Of a stretch of 64,000 bases of DNA, positions 41,301 through 51,903 are shown in pieces. Positions within the stretch are counted from its first letter, which is position 1. Each line of letters starts with the position of its first letter. Made by a program: the position numbers and the translations under genes. A model generated the notes under the pieces. That model searched no databases and was not told the origin of the DNA. It saw only the letters and a list, made by a program, of their open reading frames with translations. Source of the stretch: Pocillopora damicornis (Eukaryota); contig NW_020844152.1 in the NCBI RefSeq assembly GCF_003704095.1, positions 186,001 to 250,000 of the forward strand, written 5' to 3'.

Positions 41301-44300
41301 GAAATTATATAGTAACTCTTTGGGGTCAAAAGGTTAAAGCTGTAAGTAAACATTGCAAACTACAGTGAAACCTCAAGCTCATGCTTTTAATTGTTTCCCT
41401 GAGAAAATGACAGGAAGAAAGGAAGAAATACTCACTACTTATTCTTCTGTCAGGTTCCATGTCCTCTTCATTGTCACTTTCCTCCAGAACTGGTGCATCA
41501 TCAGGAATGGCTGAAAAAACAATATAACAAGTTATGGATTGTTACACCTCATTACATACTAGGTACTTCCTCTTTGAGAATTGAACATTCATTTTTTCTG
41601 AACAGCCCCTCTTCAAAGGAGTTGTCTGTAAAACTAGTCCCAAGAAGATCAACTTATGTTTCCAGAAACTTCAGATTAACATGACAAGAGATTAAAAACC
41701 CCACTGGTGGACAAGCAAGATTTATCAGGGTGCAATTTTCACTTACGGTGCATCTGTACTCCTGGAGCATGGGGAAGCATTCTCAAGTTTTCAAACAATC
41801 TCTGTCTACACACACAAAAAAGTACAAGATTAGCAAGATTTGTATAGCTATCAACATTTTCAATACAGTTAGGATCTGAACATGTTCTCTGTTTGCATGG
41901 CAACAACCTGGATTATAACACACATAACAAGGAACTGCATAGCACTAAACAAACAACATAATTAAGGAAGTCTATGGCATATGCCTTGTGCTTTTTTGGA
42001 AAAATAATCTTAAAGAGAAAAACTAGTCTTAATTCTTACTTGATTTTTTCCAGGTAATCATTTGTGTTTTGGTTGGCCATATTGGATGGACTAATGTGGA
42101 GTTTGAAGTCTGGACCAAAGTACTCAAAGTAATCATTGTAGGGAAGTTCTAGAAATAAAGAAAGAAGAAGATTCGGAAGGAGCAGAAATTTTGAACTATA
42201 TGTTAAACTTTGGAGGCTATTTACAATGAACACACAGCTGAAGAAAGTGCAAGGCCAAATTATCCAGGAATTCCATCAACAATGAGACTTGAAAGTCTTT
42301 CCTGAATCCTAAACTAGACTAACAACAGCACAGAAGAGAAGAATACTGACTGTTCTTCTGACTGTCTACAAATACAACTAAGTTGAAAGAGACAATATGT
42401 AGACAATTAGTTAACATACAATGTTAACAAATCTGGATTCTTCATTTTAGGTGTTTTGAATAATTTCATTTTTTCATTTGTGGGAAATTTTCTTGGTTAA
42501 AATGTAAACCAACAAAATCAAGATTTCTAGTTAGAGTTATGCCTACCATTTGCAATATCAGAATCTAAAGCTACTGCTGTCTCAAATGTCCAGCATCTTG
42601 CAACATTCCTGATTGTGTATCCCCCTCCTCCAAGAACCAACAATGGAAGATTGAACTTCTTCACAAAATTCACACACTGAGCATGGCCTATAGAGAAATC
42701 ATGGTAAATCAGATAAGTAAATCTTGATGCAGAGATTAAATTAATCCAAAGATAGCAATTTACACTCTTTGTATACAATCAGTTGACAGCAGAAACTAAA
42801 ATGTTATTGTGAATCATCTTTGACTGGCCCACCAAGAGTAGCTTGCTGATTTGTGGGTAAGTCCAATGTAACAATAACAGTGTAAGTTGGAATCTTTGTC
42901 AAAATACCAACACTGACACTACCTTTGAGTGACAGATTGAAGCAGCCAAGTCTGTCTCCGGCCAAAGAGTCTGCTCCACACTGAAGCACAACAGCATTTG
43001 GTTTGTATACTTCCATTACCTTTGAGACAACCTGATGAGTGAAATTGGATAAAATAGTTGCAATCATCACTTGCTACAAAAGCAAGTTGAAAGAAAAAAA
43101 ATGGAAAATCAGACAAAACAAACCATTGATTGAAACTTACAGGATTGAAAATTTGTTCATAAGACTCATCATCAATTCCATCTCTAAGAGGAAAATTCAC
43201 AGCATAATATTTCCCTTTTCCTGCTCCAATATCCTGTGAATAAATGAAGAGAAACAATTAGTAAGAATGGACCCTCCAAGCAGTTTTAACTTTAATTAAA
43301 AAAATAAAGGTAAGCAGCTAGTTACACTCCTCATCATCTCACATGCTTCCTTTGCAGATTAAGCATTGAATTCTACTGTTTTGCTGTGAAGAGAGCTGCC
43401 AAAAAAACATTTTGAAGAAATCTTATAGGTAACAATGCATTATAACATTGACTACTCACCCTCAAATCACCAGTTCCAGGGAAATATTCTCCATATTTGT
43501 GAAACGACACTGTCATGACACGATCGGTGGTATAGAATGCTTCTTCTACTCCATCACCATGGTGAATGTCAATATCAATGTATAATACACGCTGGTGGTA
43601 CCTGGAACAATAAGAGATTTAATTACAATTTAAAAAGTGCAATGGTTATAAAGCCCAAAAGAGTCTTTCACATTTCTTGGATCTGACCATGCAATGTTCA
43701 ATAGTGTCTTTACTATGTTGAAATAGATGAGCAATGACACTTCTGGTTCATCTACTCACTCACAGTGCGTGAATGTAATAAAAAAAGACTAGACAGTCAA
43801 GGAACTCCCAACATATTCTGCCCCACAGTTGGTTTCAAATCTGATTGGCTTTAATAACCAATCATTTCTGCTAACTATGGGTTTTTGTTAATGGGATATA
43901 AGATATTACAACAGAGTTTGCTTGCCTCTGCAGCTGAAGATATTTCTAAGTAAAAACCGATGAAGAGTGTTCATTATATTTGTTTTTCAGGCTCAAATTT
44001 TAACCAAGTTATAACTAATACTTGCAGCAATTCTATAGTTTAGCTTGAAGAGCATTCTCGATATTTTTTAAACTCAGAAAAAACACTACACAAGAAATGT
44101 GACTGGCTAGCAAACACTTCATTCAAAAATAAAGCCCTTCTGGACATTAACAAAATAATTATTTTTGGGCTTCTTCCAGTTTACTCCTTACTCTCAACAA
44201 CAGTTTTTCCTGGTAAACAAATTTGGAATTTTCATACTTTTAAACATTTCCTTCTTTTGTGGAAACCCAGATAATAACACTAAATAAAACAACACTCACT

Positions 44301-45902
44301 TCAGAAGCTCTAAAATGGCCAGAACAATATCATTGACATAACAAAACCCTGATGCTTCAGATTTCTTTGCATGATGCAGGCCACCAGCCCAGTTTATAGC
44401 CACGTCTGTCTGTTGTTTATTTAGCTTCACTGCTCCAGCTGAAAAAATATCCCAAAAAAATAATAAAATTTATCACAGTCACTTTACAACTCAAGATTCT
44501 AGTGGATTAAAATAAAAATAGAGTAGCATAATTTTGTAGTGAACAACTTTATGTCTCACATACCAATTGATCCGCCTGTTGAAAGCTGACAGAACTCAAA
44601 CAAACCATCAAAGACAGGGCAGTCCTCACCAACATTGACTGATACATAAAGAAAACAGTCCATACAAATAAGTTATTTTTATTTCCTAATTTAGCTTAAT
44701 TACCTTATGTACAAAGATCAATAGCCATTTTGCTTCTAGGAAAAAATTAATGGTGGACTATGATCTAGAGAGTTTAAATCAAAGATTTGTAACAAATTAA
44801 CCAATGCCAGCAGAATATAATGATAGAGACCATGAACAACAAAAATTCTTATACAAAATAAAATGACACATAATGGCACAAAAGGTGTCTTCTATCATTG
44901 ACACTGTGATTACTCTAAGCCTGGAGTGAATTATTTTCAAAATCCATCAGTTTAGAAACAAATCATAATTTACCAATATTGTTTACAACACACCAAGCTA
45001 CTCACTGATAATTAGAGGAGAATGGTTTAAAAAGTTAAATAAAATTCCATCTAGCAGTACATAATAATTGATAGGCGTTACAAATCAAGAAATTCTGTAA
45101 ATCTATTATAATTCACAATTTAGTAAGACAAAAAACTTTCAGTTAAAGCGTAAATCCCAAACCACTGAAATATAATTCATAATTTTGAATATCCAGTTTA
45201 CCTAGGACTGTATCGATGATGTAGAAAACTGTATTATAATAAAGAACTTTGTAAACACATCGACAAAAACAACTTACGAACTACTGAACACGGGAAAGTT
45301 GAAAGAATGCAAAGGGAAATGAAAGCACATGTGTATTCATTCAATAATTTTCTAGCCACTCACATCTCTGCATTTGCTTTGTGTATTCGGACATATTGTC
45401 GGGTCTTATAGTCTTTAAGAATTTTATGTAATCATCTGAATGGTATTTAGTCATCTCGTCCAGGTTTGCTTTGTGTGGACGCTAAAATGAAGAAACGTGA
45501 ATTGGTGAAATGACATTTCATTCAAATGAAAGAACTGACAGTTTTTAAATCAACGTTCTCGCAAACTCTAAGTCTAGCTTTTACACTTACATAGATCTCC
45601 ATTTTCCTATACAGGCCATAGTTAAGAAGCAAGTTGTGGGTCATTCGAATACGATGTGGCTTCATGGGATGGCCTTGACCGTAGTAGTAGTTACCAATGT
45701 CACCTTTGTTCGGAACACGAAAAAGACATTAGGACACGAAGACAAAATTCATTGATTTCCGCTTAAAAATAGGGGAAACATTTCATACAACTCATCTTGA
45801 ATACATTTCCTCGAGACAAAGTGGACGTTGGCAGCAGATTCGTATCTTACCATCGTAATAATAGCAAACTCTTTTCTTTCCGCCAGTAGTTGTGTACGCC
45901 AT
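38366..45902 (-). CDS. HDAC1: Class I histone deacetylase (HDAC1/2/Rpd3) with extended acidic C-terminal tail
   Basis: [125 protein letters not shown]. Tail exons 41083-40711, 40001-39909, 39374-39331, 38475-38366 (..DEETKMEH*). Confidence 0.96.
38913..39057 (+). mobile_element. Penelope-type repeat copy with degenerate hammerhead motif
   Basis: agaagggctcacgctcGAAACGTCtgc..ggtggccaatttac..gttgataaaacc..ccaccaacgcagcacc; the 5' core is mutated. Confidence 0.6.
40189..40626. mobile_element. Long foldback (~170-bp arms) in an HDAC1 intron; each arm carries a decayed hammerhead motif
   Basis: Arms ~40189-40358 / ~40455-40626 (aatcagacatggttt / aaaccatgtctgatt; gaggtccttttatatgctcactaat / attagtgagcatataaaaggacctc). 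Confidence 0.85.
41152..41337. mobile_element. piggyBac-like MITE (TTAA-flanked)
   Basis: TTAAccctttcactcccaaga ... tctttggggtcaaaaggTTAA. Confidence 0.65.
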
Positions 45903-47279
45903 GCCGGTGATAACTCTTGCTTGCTCGGCGCTTACTTTGAACGCGACTTAGTCACGTGATCGTCTTAAGCCAATTGGAGAAGGTATTTTTTGGCTAATTA
46001 ATTAGATTCCATTACTTCTCAATAAGCCTGACGGCTATTAATCCATAAATGGGTTCTAAAGATAATCAAAGAAACATGTGAACATTTTTTTTTTTGCTGA
46101 GGCCTGGAAGAAAAGCCTTTGTTATGATTTTAAAAATTTATTCCGGTTTTCCGACAAGAACTTTTACTGGCAATACCGAAAATCAGGCAGGCCTTCGAAA
46201 CCTTAATCTCATTCATTTTTCATTTTCACAAGAATAGAAAGAAATTTTGGACGTGCAGCCATCAAGTGACCACTAAATACATCTTTGCCAATAAATTACT
46301 CTTTATTATCGCTATGGATCATATATTTTCTTGGGTATGGAGGCAAAGAAATTGTTCTGCTGGTTTTCTTAACAAGTTCATCCCCTCGTTCTCTCACAAG
46401 AAAGAATCCGTTTCTGTGATCTCTACAACCGCCCGGTTAGGTGAATAATTTGGGCACTGGACTGCCGCAAGGAAGAGAGTGGGAGACAAAGGGCCCGATG
46501 TGCGCGGTTTGTGGCCTAACCAGTACCTTTTTTTTTTTTTTACTGTCGTGGCTCTGGAAAAATGAGCGGATAAACCGCCAAGGAAAGTAAAGTCTTCACT
46601 ATTGTACAAGGGCTGATGTAGGTGTGCCCTTTTACTTTTGAGAATTTTTTGGCTTTTTTCTCCTATTTCGACAAAGGGTCTATCAAGTGATGCATATGTG
46701 TTACTGATGTGGCGTGAGGTTGCGCTCTCAACAAAATATTCCGCTCCCTCCCCCCTCCCCTCCCGTCTGAATTAATAGGATCTGCCCCTGATTCATCATA
46801 TAAATTTATTCGTTCGTTTGTTGGCTTCGTCACGTATTCTTTTAGGGAACTGAGGTTAGGTCCATTGTTATTACGGAGAATTTAGAGAAGATTGTAAGAA
46901 ATTCCTAGGTGCAATCACCAGTTAACTAACATTTGCTCGATCTCGGGTCCAATTAGAACACGGACACGGGCTCCTCGAGAAAAAAATTAACAACAGAGAC
47001 AATATTTATTGGAATGCTTTGTCAGAACCGACCACTTCCTTATTTATTGAATATAGGAATGAAAGATACTCGGGACGGTGCTAAAAAGCACTGAGACATT
47101 GATGGGACACAATTGGATTATTAGACTGTAAATAAAACTTGGAGCTATGAACAAGTATTAAGAGGATAAACGTCATTAATTAGTTTATGAGTTCTAATCA
47201 AAAGAGCAATATCTTTTATAATCCTCCACTAGTTTTTTCCCGGAACAATTTGGATTTATCCTGATTAAAAAGTCACATT

Positions 47280-49904
47280 TTATAATTCATCGTGGCTTGA
47301 ATCTTCAGGCTCATCCTCAATGAAGACTTTATAATTTTTCATAATCTCATCCATGGTAAGTTTGCCATCTTTGTCTTCATCAGCCTCTTTTATGAGTGTT
47401 TTAGGTTCTTCAGTGGAGAAGTCATCATCTGGGAACAGCCAGCTTTTCATCTCTTCTTTGTCTAGTTTGCCATTCTTGTCCTTATCAAAGTTGTTGGCGA
47501 AATCCTTTTCCATTTCTTCTTTAGCGTCATCATTTACATCACTGAATGTAGCTGCACAATAAAATTTAACAAATAAATATGAAATACTAATGTTGACATT
47601 GGGGATGGATGGTTAGGACCGGAGCAGGAAAAGCCTGGTGAGAAGTTTTCTCACTCAGTTCCAGGCAGGGTAGTTTATCTCACTTCAATGGTATTTTTTT
47701 TACCTAAAAATTCTTTCTTTGATATTTGACCATCCTTATCTTTGTCGTGTTTTTTGAGGCTATCTTCGATGGTAAATTCCGTCATTCTTGGATTATCCTG
47801 CAAAACAAATAAAACTATTATAATTTTGCCTATTTTGACCTGATTATTTTTTTCATGAAAGGGATTGTGGGCTTTAATCAAATAATATTTCCTCGTACCC
47901 CTGGGTGGTAAAACGCCATGTATTCCTCCAAGTCTAAATTCCCGTCTCCATCTTCATCAGCAAATTTAAATTTTTCTTCATCTTCTTTCATTTGTTCTTT
48001 AGCGTCTTCATCTTTACCATCATCAGAGAAATGACCTTTTTTGAATTCCTCCCATGATACCTTGCCATCTTTGTCTGCCAACAAACGTTAACAAATTTGT
48101 ACGTCAAATACTGGCAGTTAATATCACCACTGGTGCCGTTGCGTCTGAAAATGAACGCAAGCGTCTAAAGTCGGACTTCCGAAAACGGGCACAAGAGTTT
48201 GAAAAACGGCCAAAAACGGGACCATAACGTCCATTGTCTGAAAACGAACGGCGCCGTCCGAAAACGGATGGAAGTGTCGGCAATAGAATAAATCCGTTCC
48301 AAAAACAGATGTAAGTGTTCGAATATTAAGTTTAATTTACGCAAGCCTAATGTTCTTTAAGCAACCAAACTAAATATTGGTTTAGAACTAAACTTCATAT
48401 ATATACTAGTTGTTTGGGTGGTCCGCCACGGAAAAGCTAAACCTAATTCTAAACCTTATAGAACTCTTGGTTGTCGATTAGTACAGGGAAGAATTATAAC
48501 TCACCTGACCAGTGACCAGTGAGAAGAGTGACCAGCTAATATATTGTATGAGCTAAAATATACCAGCATATACTGACCCTCATCGTGTTGTTTCATGGTT
48601 TCCATGACTTCTTTTTTCCTGTATTCCTTTGTAGTTACGTGAAATCTCTGTCTGATCTCATCCTCTGTCAACACTCCGTCCTTATTCAGATCTACTTCAT
48701 CTTTGATTAGTTGCGCCAGTTTGGTTTTTGCGTCTTCGGGGGAAAGCCCTTTGAATTCAGTGTAGTTGTCTCCTGGAGAGGGTTTGAGAGGATTCAACAA
48801 TAAGACAGTGAGAAGTGCTGAGAAAGACCATTTGAGAGGCTAAATAAAAATTTTAATCTCAGTTACAGATGATATTGGCGCAGGAAAACTTAAGTTATTT
48901 TTTTTATTACTACGTTTCCTTTTACCGCCCCCCTACAATACCGTCCCTACCCGTCGGATGTTTTTTTCTCTGACAAAGAAGCAAATAAGTCACCTGTGTC
49001 ATAATCTATTCCCCTCAATACCTGTACCTGAATTTTAAGTTTGTAAAACAGTTTTGTAACATTTAACTTTTGCATTTTTAATCGCACGAGCACAGTAAAA
49101 GAAGGACAATGAAACAAAGTTCAGGGGTTAAATTCAACCTTCTCCCAGCGCGAAATGTTTTGCGACTTATTTAATTTTTCCTTCTTAAATGCTGTACACT
49201 TTACATTCCTTACCATTAATTAACACTTCCTTAAAAACATCGCAAATCCGGTTTTCAGAAAGGCCATCTCCGAAAATTTCGAAAAACCTTGATGCCCTTG
49301 ATTGTAAAACTTGGAAGTTCAAAAAGTAACTAAATGGCTGCATTGACAAATATTTCCTGGGAAAGCTCAAGTTCTAAATTCACAAAGCTCTCCTTTTCCT
49401 TTCTTTTCCAACACCTGTCCCAGTATACTACTTAAAAACTTAGTAGGTATCCAATTAATATTTGCTATGAACTCTCAAAGTTCAATTCATTCCAAAAAGG
49501 CCGGGTTTAATTATATTTATCGAGCCAGATTTTTAATGTATTTTACATAGAGGTGTCTTGGCGAACAGGTGATGACCAGAGTGCAATGCTAACTTACCTA
49601 AAAATGCGTCGTGTTCAAGGTGACTTTGATCATTTTCATCTTCTCCTCCATCATCTCCTTGACTTTCATCTTCTTCATCATCATCGTTGTCATCTTCCAT
49701 TTTATCGTCGTCTTTTTCCTCATCCTCTGTTTCCTCCTCATCAGCAGGATTCTGTTCGTCTGCATGGTCTGCCATTTCTTCATCGTGTTCGTCTTCGTCG
49801 TGTTCATCTTCTGAATGTCCAGGCTTCAAATGATCATCTTCCGTGAAAGCAAAACTCACAGTGATACCTAAAATTAACAGAGCTAACCACCAAGAACGAA
49901 ACAT
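47280..49904 (-). CDS. CARP1: Coral acid-rich protein 1 (signal peptide, Asp/Glu/His-rich region, CREC/calumenin-like EF-hands, HDEL)
   Basis: Exons 49904-49598, 48772-48578, 48074-47899, 47797-47704, 47551-47280. MFRSWWLALLILGITVSFA signal, EDEHDEDEHDEE..DDDEEDE acidic tract, CREC motif HDAFLG, six EF-hand loops (DLNKDG, DEDKDG, DEDGDG, DKDKDG, DKDKNG, DEDKDG), HDEL*. The CARP1 name is recognised from memory. Confidence 0.9.
48135..48325. repeat. Degenerate short tandem repeat (tcYgaaaacg core) in CARP1 intron 2
   Basis: Recurring gtctgaaaa / tccgaaaacgg / aaaaacgg units in a CpG-rich patch. Confidence 0.5.
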
Positions 49905-50875
49905 GTCGATCAATCAGATGTAGTTTTGCTGTGCTCTAAGGTTGGAGTTATTACAGCTCTTTGTTCTTTATAATGTGATGTCCGAACCAAGACAGCGAAG
50001 TTCAAATTTAAGACACGTGTATTTGGATTTCGTAGCAATGCGTGCCGCTTTTGGAGTGGTAGGTAAAGCTAAACATTACCAGCTCTCTCATCCTTAGCAC
50101 AATGTTTTGGTTCTCATTAGATAGAACATAAATGGAACACCTTGGTAAACATATTTGGCATTCATAGATTGGATGTGAAAAGAAAATAATTGAATATTTA
50201 AACTTGTAGCAAATTAGCCACTTCAATTCAACTGTTCTTTCTCGCGTAACCAAATGGTTGGTTGTCCAATATTTTTATGCTAAAGTTAAAAGTGTTAATG
50301 ATTAGTTTGGTCGACCAGCGCTGGTAATTGAGACCCGAAAATTGATTAATGCGGATGAAGATCTAAAAGACTGCATCAAGTGGTTTGAAAGCAGGTAGTA
50401 TTGGCATTCAATTAAATAGTGATTTTGAAACGTAAATCAGTAATATTGGTGGAAAGGCTAGTTACCTGTAGACAACTTCTTTGTAAAAATTATGAAAAAA
50501 AAAAAAACTTCCCTTTTTACCTTCTCCAGTTATATTGACATATGAAACTGTTCTTTCCGAGAGCACTTTAAAGTGGTTTATCATTTGTTTAGCGGCATCT
50601 ACCCTCTGGTCTTACCCGACATGACAAACAATCCATGACTTCTCCAAGCTGCAAGAGCTGTTTTGTCCACGTTGTTATGATTAAAGAACTTTTGGAACAG
50701 GACTAAACTAATAAGTCACGATTAGTGAGAGAAGGAAAGGTCGACTTTCATAACAAAGGCGTGGTCTTTAGCGCCTACGGCTCTTTCTTAGGAGCTGACG
50801 GTTAAGTGATAAAGTAATCAAATGTTTCACCCTAATTCACAAATATCATGAAGGCTGACGGGTAGATTTTGGCGG

Positions 50876-50951
50876 TAGAGCGGGAGGGGGAGTGAGAGGG
50901 ATGAGCGGGGGGGAGGGGGAGTGAGAGGGATGAGCGGGGGGGAGGGGGGTG
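50876..50951 (+). repeat. G-rich purine tandem repeat (~29-bp unit) with G-quadruplex/H-DNA potential
   Basis: gagcggg(n)agggggagtgagagggat repeated about 2.5 times. Confidence 0.7.
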
Positions 50952-51903
50952 AAAAGGCTGATTGAGACGAACAAAAAAGAATGAGGGCTTCGTTGGCGAA
51001 AAAAGAGGTTTCGTGTGTTTTGCCTCCGGAATAAAAGTATGAGACGGTGAAAACGACGTTATGACCACCAAAGAGGCCACAGCTTGCAAAGGAAACACGG
51101 TGGAAAAAATGATGATGGTAACAATGATAACGGCATACAACACACTGTAACACTGTTTAATACTTCTGGCTACTCAGAGGTTTACCAAAACAAAGTACAC
51201 TTTTTCCACTATTTCGAGTTATCATGGTGAAATTCTTTGCATGAGTTAAAAGAGTTTCAATTAAAGAACAATACCGAGGTAAATGGAAGAAAAGTTATAT
51301 TTATTTGTAACAGAAAGGACTCGAGAACTGTGCACTATCGCCGATAAAGAATCGACGATAAAATACGCTTTACGTGACTGATCGTGAAAAAGAACTCACT
51401 CTCAGAAGGTATGTGCACAGAAATTGTTTCAAGCCCGATCAGCCTAAATAGAAATTGTTTTTGGCTCAAAAACCAGAACAAACTGCTATAAATGGTTACA
51501 GAATTATAATATCTCTTGAATTGTTTTAGCATGGGTCTAGTTTTTAACTCGGACTGTGGCTCTTCAAGGCGACGTCAGGTGACACGAATTCATGATGGGA
51601 CAATGTCACTCAATTACGTAGAATATATTTTCAAGTGAACAAAAGAAGACTCTGAAGAAATAAATTAAACAGTAACTACCGTCAGTAACTTAAAACGGGA
51701 AAGGTAGCTCGCAAGGTTTGTTGTCACTTTGGCAATTTCAAATGAGTTACACATATCAGGTAAAATTCTACAGCCCAGTACAGATGCAAAATAATAAACG
51801 TGAAGTATCACCAAAAGCTGTTCGAAAACGAACAGTGAGTCGTGAGTTTGATTGTCTCGCTTTTGTTCTGATAAACTTAATACATTGGCAGTTCAACTGG
51901 GAT

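Noticed and set aside
43032-43046. CTGATGA-GT-GAAA hammerhead-like core
   Set aside because: No room for stem II, and it coincides with an HDAC1 splice acceptor on the other strand; chance match.
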